From: Vampirovibrionaceae bacterium NZW_1234 | GTDB taxonomy: Bacteria; Cyanobacteriota; Vampirovibrionia; Vampirovibrionales; JAGQHJ01 | Assembly: GCA_041697335.1 (NCBI GenBank) | Contig: JBGUGD010000001.1 | Span: 113,741-177,740, forward strand | DNA: 64,000 nucleotides | Direction of reading: 5' to 3' | Shown: positions 9,673 through 19,099 of the stretch, one piece after another | How positions within the stretch are numbered: the stretch's first letter is position 1 | Layout: each line of letters opens with the position of its first letter | Notes under the pieces: generated by a model | Database searches by the model: none | Told to the model about the DNA's origin: nothing | What the model saw: only the letters and a program-made list of their open reading frames with translations | Program-made: the position numbers and the translations under genes

Positions 9673-10570
9673 GGTTATTGTTGTTGCAGGCCCGACAGCC
9701 ACGGGGAAGACCCGTGTGGGCGCAAGTATTGCCAAGCACTTGGGCTCCGAAGTCATTTCGGCGGATTCCCAATTGGTGTATCAGGAGCTGTCCATTGGTG
9801 TGGCCAAGCCCACGGCTGAGGAAATGCACGGGGTGGTCCACCACATGATCGATGTGGTTACTCCGACGGAGCAGTTTTCTGCGGGACAATATGCGGATAT
9901 GGCTCGGCCTATTCTGGAACGATTGCTTTCGGAAGGGCGATCGCCTGTTGTTGTAGGTGGCACCGGGTTTTATATCCGAGCCTTGCTCCAGCCCGGCCAT
10001 ATTCCCCAGGTGCCTGTGGATGAGGCCTATCGGGCGCAGTTGCGAGACCGCCTGGCGGAGGAGGGACCCGAAGCCTTGTATCAGGAGCTGCTGGTGCGGG
10101 ATCCCCAACGAGCGTCTCAATTGCATCCCAATGATACGGTTCGGGTGATCCGGGCGCTGGAGATTATTGAAGCGACCGGAAAGCCAGTGGAAGCCAGCCC
10201 CGTGGAACCTGTCTACCCTACGCGGGCCATTGGGCTTCGCTATGCCGATCGGGAGCGCCAGTGGGCCCAGATCAATCGGCGTCTGGAGGCCATGATGGCT
10301 GAAGGTTTTTTGGAAGAGGCCCGACAGGTGTATGGCCGCTACGGGTTTTGTGAAGCACTGCATAATGCCCATGGGTACCCAGAGCTGATTCAGGTCCTGG
10401 AAGGGCAACGCACTCTGGAGGATGCCATTGGCCAGATACAGATCAATATTCGCCAGTACAGCAAGCGCCAATTGACATGGTTTAATCGTTTTCCCGGTAT
10501 TCAGTGGTATTGTGTCGACCAGATGGGGTTGGATGAAGTTGTTACGGATGTCGTTGCTTTATATCGTTGA
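9653..10570 (+). CDS. miaA: tRNA dimethylallyltransferase
   Basis: GPTATGKT P-loop, ISADSQLVY, VGGTGFY, HPND..RVIRALE, YSKRQLTWF. Confidence 0.97.
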   Translation: MPKQPPEVIVVAGPTATGKTRVGASIAKHLGSEVISADSQLVYQELSIGVAKPTAEEMHGVVHHMIDVVTPTEQFSAGQYADMARPILERLLSEGRSPVVVGGTGFYIRALLQPGHIPQVPVDEAYRAQLRDRLAEEGPEALYQELLVRDPQRASQLHPNDTVRVIRALEIIEATGKPVEASPVEPVYPTRAIGLRYADRERQWAQINRRLEAMMAEGFLEEARQVYGRYGFCEALHNAHGYPELIQVLEGQRTLEDAIGQIQINIRQYSKRQLTWFNRFPGIQWYCVDQMGLDEVVTDVVALYR

Positions 10571-10685
10571 CCCGGGCAGGGGATCTTCCTTAAGATGACT
10601 GGTGTCGTAATTTTGTTGACTGTCTTGATTTGATTTTTTGTTTTCCGAGTTGTTTTGTTTGTAAGGAGCGATAGTGAGTTGGTCT

Positions 10686-10866
10686 GGCAGGAGCGCCCGT
10701 TTCATGTCTCTGAAGACACCCGGCTCCCGGTAACACAACCCTTGAAGGACATGACCTTTATTCACTGTCCCATGACGGTTGCCTTGCGTACTCGCACGCC
10801 GATTTACAAGGACTATGTCCTGTCCTCGGAACCCTATTTGCTGAATTAGGCTGGCGATGCCCTGCC
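10686..10866. ncRNA. Candidate structured ncRNA with 6S-like architecture (strand uncertain)
   Basis: About 181-nt rod folded by eye: closing GGCAGG/CCTGCC, central bubble, inner stems including AGGACAT/ATGTCCT, apical TGCG-N4-CGCA. Confidence 0.35.
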
Positions 10867-10906
10867 CTTTAGTTGGGTTGGTGAGTCAGGATGCCTCCAG
10901 AATTTA

Positions 10907-10965
10907 AAAAAAAAGAAAGAGCAGGCTGTTTGGGAGAGGGCAGGGGATGTAACAGCGCTGCTCTT
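10907..10965 (-). terminator. Intrinsic terminator downstream of the 11031-11870 gene
   Basis: AAGAGCAG-GCTGTT / AACAGC-g-CTGCTCTT stem with a 20-nt loop, followed by a U-rich tract on the minus strand. Confidence 0.6.
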
Positions 10966-11030
10966 ATTCTGCTTATTGTGCTGATAATCTGTGAGTGTTT
11001 GCGATAGCTTGAAGAGAGGGGATAGGTGTG

Positions 11031-11870
11031 TTATTTCCAGAGCCGTTTCCAGGCACTTGAGATTTTTTGCCCAACAGCCGATGCCGCATTGGAGACCTTT
11101 TCAGCGGCAGTGCTGACGGCATTGGAAATCTGGCTTGAGGAGACTTTGCCTACACCTGGAATAGTGGCTGTAACGCCTTCCTTGGTGCTGTAGCCGACAC
11201 CGACTTCAACGCCCTTGATTTTGACCGAGGCGTCAACAAATTCGCCTCGCTCCTCAGACTTTCCGGCAGTGACGCCCACTTCGGCATTCAACTTCTTGCC
11301 CAGGCCGACTTCGACTTTGGCCTCGACCGACTTTTCGCCGGGCTTGTCGGTGACAATGACACTGGGACTGCAGCTGACCGGGCCAACTTTTCCTTCCACC
11401 TTGGCCCCGTATTTGCCGTCTTCGCCGGTGTATACTGTGGCGGCCCCGCCTACGGACGCATCGATTCCGGCGACACCGACTTTGCCGATGGCAGCGACTT
11501 CGGTTTTTTCTTTGCTGACGTTGGCGCCAAGTTTTGCGGAACCTTCCAACGGAACACCTTCAAATGTTGTGGTGCTTTTCACCTCGGCCATGGCGCCAAC
11601 GCCGTCTTTGGCATTGCAGTTGGCTTTGGCACTTGCGCCCAAGGAGCCGGTCATGTCATAGCCGTTTACCTTGGCTTTCCAGTCCGCCCCGGCAGCAGCA
11701 CCGGCCTTGGGGCCATCTGCGCCATTCGAGGCATAGGCCTCGGTGGTGATTTTTTCATCGTAATTTGTGACGTTGATCTTTTTTTCAGCAGGCTTCCTGT
11801 CCGAAGGAACTGCATGCAACGGCGCGCCATAGCTTTTCGCATATGGCTTTACCCCTGAGGATAAGCTCAT
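11031..11870 (-). CDS. Hypothetical G/A/V/K-rich beta-strand-repeat protein
   Basis: 279-aa ORF with GGAGG RBS; alternating small-residue strands (AEVGVTAG, GAKVEGKVG) and an amphipathic C-terminus. Confidence 0.75.
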   Translation of the reverse strand: MSLSSGVKPYAKSYGAPLHAVPSDRKPAEKKINVTNYDEKITTEAYASNGADGPKAGAAAGADWKAKVNGYDMTGSLGASAKANCNAKDGVGAMAEVKSTTTFEGVPLEGSAKLGANVSKEKTEVAAIGKVGVAGIDASVGGAATVYTGEDGKYGAKVEGKVGPVSCSPSVIVTDKPGEKSVEAKVEVGLGKKLNAEVGVTAGKSEERGEFVDASVKIKGVEVGVGYSTKEGVTATIPGVGKVSSSQISNAVSTAAEKVSNAASAVGQKISSAWKRLWK

Positions 11871-12361
11871 ACTATATAGCCTCCAATGTCCAGCCTAGTC
11901 GTAATATCTAAAGAAACGAGTAATATTTGTATTAATATAAAAATAATTATTGAAAGATTTTTGATAGCGGAATTCGGCTGAGTTAATTGTTATAAAAACA
12001 ATCAATTGCTGGGCACTTTTGAAAAGAACCTGGTGGCGTGATTCGAGAAGTCTTTTGGATCGGATACCCAGTTTGAGGCACAGGTCTCTGAAATGCGAAG
12101 TTTTTTTAAGTATCCGTACTTTGTCTTACCTCTGGATTTGAGAAAGATATAAGCCGCGGCTGCACTCGTTTTGCACAGCCTGACCGCCTGGTCAGGTGAA
12201 CCGATGAGGCGGGTGAGGGGCCTCTGGTTTTTTGTCGACATGATGAATTGAAAACATCGATTTTCAGCGTGCATCATAGGGAATGGTATACGGTGAAAAC
12301 GCTTCAGCCTGATTGATAGTGGGCTGAGCCGTTCTGAAACTATTAATTAAGAGGAGGGTCT

Positions 12362-12628
12362 ATGGTTCCGCATTCCAAAGATGAATTGCAACAACGTAAG
12401 GAAGAGCTTCAGAAAAACGCTGAGATTGCCTATACGCAAGTTCCAACCCAGGAAGAGATGCTGAATGGAGGCAAGCCCGTTGAAAAACCGGCCGATAAAG
12501 AAGAGAATCTGAAAAAAACCGAGAAGTCCCAGGAGACGGGGCACAAGCATCACGACCAGGCGTTAGCCCAGGATATTGATGAGGCGCTTTACGAAGCGGC
12601 GCAACAAGGCAATATTGGCGGTGATTAG
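12362..12628 (+). CDS. Small charged hypothetical protein
   Basis: 88 aa; strong GAGGAGG RBS. Confidence 0.65.
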   Translation: MVPHSKDELQQRKEELQKNAEIAYTQVPTQEEMLNGGKPVEKPADKEENLKKTEKSQETGHKHHDQALAQDIDEALYEAAQQGNIGGD

Positions 12629-13752
12629 GACTTGGGCTTGGGTTTTGCGCTTTTTTGCAGGGGACGATTTTGTTCGTCCAGTTCAAAAATCCAGCGTGAT
12701 AAGGCATAGGCCGTGTTCAAAATAATAAGCGATACGCTGTCGCCAGGTTGAATATTAACTTCCTGTTTGTCCTCTTGACGTGTGGCTCGCTTAAAGCCTT
12801 CGCTGAGATCGGCATTGGCGGCTGTGTTCTCCGCATTGCTTGAACTGGTGGATGTTTCCTGAGCTGCTCCTCCCGAGTTCAAGAGCGACGTGTCAAAGAT
12901 TGCCGCAGGCAGACCGTCTTTTGCCAACTGTTCGTTGGTCTTGTCTTTCAATATCGGAAGAATTGGGGCGGCAATTTTTTCATGAAACATCAAAACACCC
13001 ACTTGCAAGGGCTCATACTGTGAGACCACGATTTTGAAACGGCCCAAGGTGTTGGTTTCCAGATACATGACGACCGACATATCACGTTCCTGGCCTTCTT
13101 CGCCGCCACTGCCGTCTTCAAAGGACAGGTCCATTTTCTGGGGTGGTACCAGGGGATAAATGGGCAGGTAAAGCAGTACGAGGGTTTCGGTCGCGTGCAT
13201 GGGGGATTGCTTTATTTTCTCACTCATCTTGTCAAGGGTCTTCACCAGCTCGGCCACTTGCGGGCCACTTTGGGTTTGACTGATGGGAGAGGCCTGAAGG
13301 AGTTTCATGAGCTTGGATTTGGCTTCATCCGTATTTTTTCCCAGGAGCTTCTGCATCTCATCCAGGGGAATGGTTAATTCGTTGGCATTGTCTTGAATGA
13401 CCTGTTTAAGTGTTTGTTTCAGGCTTTTTTTCAACGTTTCGGGCGTGGCTTCCAGGGCCATCATCATCAGTGTGGTCCGAAGCTCTTCGGGAAGCTTCAT
13501 GGCATCTTTCAAAAAAGTTGCAACCTCATCGGCCGGAAGACGTACCGATTCATCGGCAAACAAAGCCGCCATGGTGAGCTTGGCAAGCTGTTGCTGCAAC
13601 GTGGGAGGCCCTGTTGGAATGGGAGTGCTGGGAACGCCAATGTCGTTTGAACCGCCACTAATCAGTTGCTGCGCCTGGCTCAGCAAGTTTACAAGATTGA
13701 ATTTGGGAAAACCGGCGTTTGACATCATCAGCCTCATCGCGCTCTTGTTCAT
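12625..13752 (-). CDS. Hypothetical protein, possible FliK-like C-terminal domain
   Basis: 375-aa ORF; LYLPIYP followed by VVMYLETNTLGRFKIVV resembles FliK C-domain strands. Confidence 0.7.
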   Translation of the reverse strand: MNKSAMRLMMSNAGFPKFNLVNLLSQAQQLISGGSNDIGVPSTPIPTGPPTLQQQLAKLTMAALFADESVRLPADEVATFLKDAMKLPEELRTTLMMMALEATPETLKKSLKQTLKQVIQDNANELTIPLDEMQKLLGKNTDEAKSKLMKLLQASPISQTQSGPQVAELVKTLDKMSEKIKQSPMHATETLVLLYLPIYPLVPPQKMDLSFEDGSGGEEGQERDMSVVMYLETNTLGRFKIVVSQYEPLQVGVLMFHEKIAAPILPILKDKTNEQLAKDGLPAAIFDTSLLNSGGAAQETSTSSSNAENTAANADLSEGFKRATRQEDKQEVNIQPGDSVSLIILNTAYALSRWIFELDEQNRPLQKSAKPKPKS

Positions 13753-13814
13753 TATCGACGGTAAAGCAGAAAACGTGAATTCCTGAAAAGAGCGACTCTG
13801 GGTATAATATATGC

Positions 13815-14636
13815 ATGAAGTTGTTTTCCACTTATTTTTTGCTTGTGTTGGGTCTGGTCCTGGCCGTCAGTGCATTGGGCTGTCGTACCACCTTGCCTGA
13901 GAAGTCCACCGATCTGCTCCACTCGGTGCAGCAGCGGGATCAGATTATTGTGGGGACCAAATACGATTCGCCCCCTTTTGGGTATCTGGATAAAGATGGC
14001 CAGTTGAAGGGGCTGGAAGTGGAGCTGGCTCACGAAATTGCCAAGCGCCTTTTGGGTGATCCGAACAAAGTCAAGTTTGTTCAGGTGAACTCGTCCACTC
14101 GGGTTGCCGCCTTGAACGCTCGCCACGTGGACTTTGTCCTGGCAACAATGACGATTACTCCAGAGCGTAAACAAGTGGTGAATTTTACCGAGCCCTATTA
14201 CAAATCGGCCCAGGCCATTATGGTTCGTGAAAATTCCGGTATTACCTCCATCAATGACTTGGCTGACAAGCGGGTGAACTATGTTATTGGGACCACCGGG
14301 GAAGCCAACCTGAAGAAAGTCTTGCCCAAGGCCAAACTTTTGGGCTTCAAGTCCAATACTGAAGCCTTTTCGGCCTTGAGTGCCGGGCGGGCAGATGCCT
14401 TTAGCCAGGACGATTCCATCTTATACGGTTTTCTTCATGAGCATTGTGATGTCAAAGTCTTACCGGATCGGATTTCCGAAGAGCCCTATGGCATTGCTTT
14501 TCGTAAGGACGCTCGCAGTAAGCCCTTACAGGATGCAATTCAAAAAATTCTGGACGATATGGCCAAAGAAGAATACCTTCAGGGGTTACGCCAAAAGTGG
14601 GTACGTCCGGCCCCTCCTACGGTCTGTGCTCTGTAG
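13815..14636 (+). CDS. Polar amino-acid ABC transporter substrate-binding lipoprotein
   Basis: Lipobox ALGC; GTKYDSPPFG, TMTITPERK, EEPYGIA. Confidence 0.93.
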   Translation: MKLFSTYFLLVLGLVLAVSALGCRTTLPEKSTDLLHSVQQRDQIIVGTKYDSPPFGYLDKDGQLKGLEVELAHEIAKRLLGDPNKVKFVQVNSSTRVAALNARHVDFVLATMTITPERKQVVNFTEPYYKSAQAIMVRENSGITSINDLADKRVNYVIGTTGEANLKKVLPKAKLLGFKSNTEAFSALSAGRADAFSQDDSILYGFLHEHCDVKVLPDRISEEPYGIAFRKDARSKPLQDAIQKILDDMAKEEYLQGLRQKWVRPAPPTVCAL

Positions 14637-14770
14637 ATTTGTGGCCTTGCTTGAAATCAAGATATCCGGTCCGTGTCTCTTTAAAGGCGCGTGGGGTTTG
14701 CGAAAGCTTGTTATAATGAAACTAGTTCCTGCAGAAGCAATTCCCCTGGCAGCATGAAGAGATAGCGTCG

Positions 14771-15454
14771 ATGGATTTTGACATTTCGGTTTTACTGGAC
14801 CAGCGGCAATTGATTGCCCAAGGTGTTGGCTATACCCTTGCTATCTCGCTTGTGAGCATCCTGCTGGCCATGCTGATGGGCTTATTGGTGGCCTTTGGGC
14901 AATTGAATTTTACCCCGCTTCTGCAGTGGGGCATGAAGGCCTATGTCCAGTTTTTCCGAAATACGCCTTTGCTGATTCAGATCTATTTTTTTTATAAGGG
15001 ACTTCCAAATCTGGGAGTGAATTGGCCTCCGGAGGTCTGTGGTGTTGTGGCGTTGTTTCTTCAGTCGGGGGCTTACATGGCTGAAATCTTCAGAACCGGC
15101 GTCGAGTCTATTCCGAAAGAGCAGGTGGAGAGCGCTCTATCACTTGGGTTTTCCAGGCTTCAAACTTTCGTTCAGGTCATTATACCCCAGGCGGTGCGGA
15201 TTATTTTGCCGCCCCTTGGCAATCAATGTGTTGCGGTGATTAAAAACTCCTCACTGGTGGCCTTCATTACGGTTCCGGATCTGTTTTATGTGGTGTTTAA
15301 CGGGGGCGCCGAGCATTTTCGGTATCTTGAATTCTTCCTGGCCGGCATCGTGGTCTATATGATTCTGACCTTGATGGCGACCGGCCTGTTTCGTTTGCTG
15401 GAATACCAGCTTTCCCGTCGAGAGCGTCAATCTCAGGAGCCCTTGTATGTTTAA
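14771..15454 (+). CDS. Amino-acid ABC transporter permease
   Basis: FFRNTPLLIQ, AYMAEIFR, EAA-like loop, IKNSSL. Confidence 0.93.
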   Translation: MDFDISVLLDQRQLIAQGVGYTLAISLVSILLAMLMGLLVAFGQLNFTPLLQWGMKAYVQFFRNTPLLIQIYFFYKGLPNLGVNWPPEVCGVVALFLQSGAYMAEIFRTGVESIPKEQVESALSLGFSRLQTFVQVIIPQAVRIILPPLGNQCVAVIKNSSLVAFITVPDLFYVVFNGGAEHFRYLEFFLAGIVVYMILTLMATGLFRLLEYQLSRRERQSQEPLYV

Positions 15455-16130
15455 TTGGTTTCGCATTGACGATCTGATTCATTATGGCCCGTTGCTAGCC
15501 CATGGGTTAAGTTTGACGCTGTTTCTCTCCCTAACTGTGATGGTGACCTCACTATTTCTGGGGTTGCTGGTAGCCATCTGCCGCTATTATCGTCTGGTTG
15601 CAGTTCATGGGATACTGGAAGGGTATGTTTATCTGGTGCGCAGTATTCCCGTGGTGATGCTGATAGCCCTGGTGCATTTTGGATTGCTGCCCGCCTTAGG
15701 CATTGAAAATTCATTTATGCTATCTGCCTTTGTGGGGTTATCTTTGTCGACAACGGCTTATGTGGCCGAGATTTTGCGAGGCGGCTTCACGACCATTCAC
15801 CAGGAAGAATACGAAGCGGCCACCAGCTTGGGGCTCAATGTTTTTCAGCAGTTGCTCTATGTCCTGGTGCCGTTGGTCTTGTCCCGCATGATGCCGACCC
15901 TGGTGAATCAGTTTGTGACCTTGATTAAGGACACCTCGTTAGCCTCCATTATCGGGGTCATCGAGTTGACCCGGGCCTCGGAAATTGCTTATGAACACAC
16001 CATGAGAGAAGCCACTATTTTGATTTTCGTGGCTCTGATTTACTTTGTGCTTTGCTATGGTCTGTCTCGCTGGTCCCGGACACTGGAGAGCAAGAACGCC
16101 AAAGCGCTTCAGAATACAACGGCGGGTTAG
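15447..16130 (+). CDS. Amino-acid ABC transporter permease
   Basis: AYVAEILRGG, YEAATSLG, LIKDTSLASIIGV. Confidence 0.93.
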   Translation: MFNWFRIDDLIHYGPLLAHGLSLTLFLSLTVMVTSLFLGLLVAICRYYRLVAVHGILEGYVYLVRSIPVVMLIALVHFGLLPALGIENSFMLSAFVGLSLSTTAYVAEILRGGFTTIHQEEYEAATSLGLNVFQQLLYVLVPLVLSRMMPTLVNQFVTLIKDTSLASIIGVIELTRASEIAYEHTMREATILIFVALIYFVLCYGLSRWSRTLESKNAKALQNTTAG

Positions 16131-16197
16131 GTTTTTTTTGCCCATGACTTTGATTACAATGAGACCAATGCCCCTAGCTCCTGTTGAGGTTTAGTTG

Positions 16198-16971
16198 ATG
16201 ACGTTTTCATCAGAACGCTTGTTCGTCGTGCTCTGCGCCGGCTTTGTCACAGCGTTGGTGATTGCCGATATTGTGGGTTCAAAGCTGATTGCCACGCCGG
16301 AGATCACGTTTCAGCTTCCTGACTGGCTGGCCCAGCTAGCTGGTCAACCCCAATGGGTCATTCCTTCTCTGGTGATGTCGGCTGGGATTATTCCCTTTCC
16401 CTTGACCTTTGTGTTGACCGATCTGATTAACGAGTTCTATGGCAAGAAAGGGGCCCGCTTTGTTACGTTTGTTGGCTTGGGAATGGCCATTTTTGCCGTG
16501 GGATTGCTCAGCATTACCCGGGTTATCCCGGCGACACCCAATTCACCCATTCCTCATCAGGCTTTTGAGGCTGTTTTTGGTCTGTCTGGTCGGATGTTTT
16601 TAGCGTCTTTGACAGCCTACCTGATTGGCCAGTTTCTGGACATCCAGGTTTTTCATACCCTTCGGCGGTTAACCAAAGAGAAGATGTTGTGGCTTCGAAC
16701 CACAGGCTCTACGGTGATGTCCCAATTGATGGATTCATTGGTGGTAACCTTCGTCGCCTTTAGCGGCAAGCTGGCTTTTATTGATATTACCCATATCGCC
16801 ATGAATAATTATGGGGTGAAGTTCTTGATTGCCTTGAGCTTAACTCCGATTTGCTATCTGGGGCACTCGATTATTGTCAGCCTTCTGGGGTATCACCCCA
16901 GTTCTCGCTATCAGGCAGGGCACTCTCTGCCTGCTGAAATTTCTGCGGAGCCTGATAACCTGGCAGTGTAG
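16198..16971 (+). CDS. yhhQ: Queuosine precursor transporter (YhhQ/VUT family)
   Basis: FPLTFVLTDLINEFYGKKGAR, ASLTAYLIGQFLDI, LWLRTTGST..SQLMDS. Confidence 0.88.
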   Translation: MTFSSERLFVVLCAGFVTALVIADIVGSKLIATPEITFQLPDWLAQLAGQPQWVIPSLVMSAGIIPFPLTFVLTDLINEFYGKKGARFVTFVGLGMAIFAVGLLSITRVIPATPNSPIPHQAFEAVFGLSGRMFLASLTAYLIGQFLDIQVFHTLRRLTKEKMLWLRTTGSTVMSQLMDSLVVTFVAFSGKLAFIDITHIAMNNYGVKFLIALSLTPICYLGHSIIVSLLGYHPSSRYQAGHSLPAEISAEPDNLAV

Positions 16972-17082
16972 ATCTGGAAATGCCTGCTTGCCACTATGGT
17001 GTCGTCTTTTTTCAATAATTTACCTCGCTTTTCCTCATGCTAACTTCGCTGCAAGGGGTAAACCGTGTATCAACGCCACGTT

Positions 17083-17093
17083 TGTGCTATAAC
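17083..17093 (+). promoter_or_regulatory. Extended -10 promoter of the rpsB operon
   Basis: TGTGCTATAAC about 130 bp upstream of rpsB; resembles extended -10 rpsB promoters. Confidence 0.55.
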
Positions 17094-17225
17094 TGCCATG
17101 GTTCGCCCGAGGTCGGCGATGCTTGCCCCGTGTGGGGGCTCTGTGATGAATACTTGTAAATCATTTTCGAGTGTGTAAGATTGTAGAGTAATTCGTGTCT
17201 AGACAAAGAAGGAGATTCGTTTTTC

Positions 17226-18074
17226 ATGCCTGTCGCAACGTTACAAGAGTTATTGGAAGCCGGTGTGCACTTCGGCCACCAAACCAAGCGTTGGAACCCC
17301 AAAATGAAGCCGTACATCTGGGGCGAGCGCAACGGCATTTACATTATTGATTTGACCCAAACCACCCAACTCTTGAACGACGCATACGAGGTTGTCAAAA
17401 AGGCTGCCTCTCAGGGCAAGAAAATCGTTTTTGTTGGGACCAAAAAGCAAGCTGCCGACATCGTGCAGGAAGAAGCCCAACGCTGCGGGGCCTACTTTAT
17501 CAACCGTCGCTGGCTGGGTGGCACCTTGACGAACTTTGAAACCATCCGCACCCGGATCAACAAGCTGCGTGAGCTGGAAGACATGAAAGCCAGCGGGCAC
17601 TTCGATCGCTTGCCGAAGAAAGAAGTGGCTGTCCTGACTCGCCAGTTGACCAAACTGGAACGCTCCTTGGGCGGTGTTAAAGAAATGCGTGGCATGCCTG
17701 ACCTGCTCTTCATCGTGGACCAGAAACGTGAATTGAACGCTGTCCTGGAAGCCAACAAGGCGGGTGTTCCGGTTGTGGCCGTTGTGGATACCAACTGCGA
17801 TCCCGACAAGATTGACTATGTCATTCCTGGTAACGATGATGCCATTCGGGCGATCCGCTTGATTACCCGCACCATTGCCGATGCTGTTCTGGAAGGCAAG
17901 CAAATGCGCTCTGCTGAAATGACGGCTCGCGGTACTGCTGGTGGTCCGATCCAGGCCGAAGACTTTGAAGGTGCTCCGCAAGACGACCAAAAGCCTGCTT
18001 CTGAAGAAGCTCCGGCTGGCGCTGTTGAAGACGCCGCCCCGGCTGAGGCTGTTGAAGAAGAGCCTGTTTCCTAG
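17226..18074 (+). CDS. rpsB: 30S ribosomal protein S2
   Basis: [39 protein letters not shown]. Confidence 0.99.
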   Translation: MPVATLQELLEAGVHFGHQTKRWNPKMKPYIWGERNGIYIIDLTQTTQLLNDAYEVVKKAASQGKKIVFVGTKKQAADIVQEEAQRCGAYFINRRWLGGTLTNFETIRTRINKLRELEDMKASGHFDRLPKKEVAVLTRQLTKLERSLGGVKEMRGMPDLLFIVDQKRELNAVLEANKAGVPVVAVVDTNCDPDKIDYVIPGNDDAIRAIRLITRTIADAVLEGKQMRSAEMTARGTAGGPIQAEDFEGAPQDDQKPASEEAPAGAVEDAAPAEAVEEEPVS

Positions 18075-18154
18075 GCCGACCCTTTGCATTCGGCCCTCCA
18101 CCCCAACCACAACCTATAGCATTGACCCTCGTAGGAGATAAGGAAGTGACTACT

Positions 18155-19090
18155 ATGACTCAAATTTCTGCCAGCATGGTAAAAGAACTCCGTGAGAAAA
18201 CCGGCGCTGGTATGATGGACGCCAAGAATGCGCTCATCGAAGCCTCTGGTGATATGGAGCGTGCCGCTGAAATCCTGAGACAAAAAGGGATTCTGACTGC
18301 AGAGAAGAAAAGTGGTCGTGCGGCCGCTGAAGGGCAAGTGCTGGCCAAGTTGAGCGCTGACAACAAACAAGGCGTCCTCTTGGAAGTGAATTGCGAAACC
18401 GATTTCGTGGCCCGCGGCGAAGATTTCCAAACCCTGGCCAACCAGTTGCTCGATCAAGTGATGCAGTCTTCTGCCGCTGATGTGGATGCGATGAATGCCG
18501 AGAAAGCGCTTGCCGATCCCAGCAAGACCGTTTCCGAGATGGTGAAGGAACGTATTGGGGTTATCAAGGAAAACATCACCCTGCGTCGTTTTGCTCGCTT
18601 CAGCGTGGCTCAGAACGGCTATGTTCAGTCTTACATCCACACAGGTGGTAAAATCGGCGTGCTGCTCGAATTAACCACCGGCTCCGATGCGAGCAAGAAC
18701 GAAGCACTGGTTCAGTTGACCAAGGACCTGGCGATGCACATTGCCAGCTCTGCCCCTGAGTTCTTGACCCGTGATGATATCCCGGCTTCGGTTATCGAAG
18801 AAGAGAAGCGCATCGAAATGGGCAAAGAAGACCTGCAAAGCAAGCCTGTTGATATTCGTGAAAAAATCGTTTCTGGCCGTATCGATAAGATTCTGGGCCA
18901 GCGCGTGTTATTGGAACAGCCCTTCGTGAAAGATCCCAGCAAAACCGTAGCTGATCTCGTCAAAGAGACCGCCTCTCAGTTGGGAACTACCGTTGAGTTG
19001 AAGCAGTTCGTCCGTTACCTGTTGGGTGAAGGCCTTGAGAAGCGTGAAGACAACTTCGCTGCCGAGGTTATGGCCCAAATTAAAGGGTAA
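18155..19090 (+). CDS. tsf: Elongation factor Ts
   Basis: VKELREKTGAGMMDAK and EVNCETDFVA; directly follows rpsB. Confidence 0.99.
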   Translation: MTQISASMVKELREKTGAGMMDAKNALIEASGDMERAAEILRQKGILTAEKKSGRAAAEGQVLAKLSADNKQGVLLEVNCETDFVARGEDFQTLANQLLDQVMQSSAADVDAMNAEKALADPSKTVSEMVKERIGVIKENITLRRFARFSVAQNGYVQSYIHTGGKIGVLLELTTGSDASKNEALVQLTKDLAMHIASSAPEFLTRDDIPASVIEEEKRIEMGKEDLQSKPVDIREKIVSGRIDKILGQRVLLEQPFVKDPSKTVADLVKETASQLGTTVELKQFVRYLLGEGLEKREDNFAAEVMAQIKG

Positions 19091-19099
19091 TGGGACACG

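Noticed and set aside
10720..10835. SRP (4.5S) RNA or TPP/fluoride riboswitch
   Set aside because: Lacks the SRP CAGG..GNRA..AGCA motif and the riboswitch consensus cores; kept only as a 6S-like candidate.
16131..16197. preQ1 riboswitch upstream of yhhQ
   Set aside because: No preQ1 stem-loop plus A-rich tail pattern recognisable in the 67-bp gap.
17250..18110. 286-aa antisense ORF over rpsB, and similar shadows over tsf, pyrH, miaA, RND, ydeP and xdhB
   Set aside because: Reverse-complement shadows of well-supported genes caused by codon bias; no motifs of their own.
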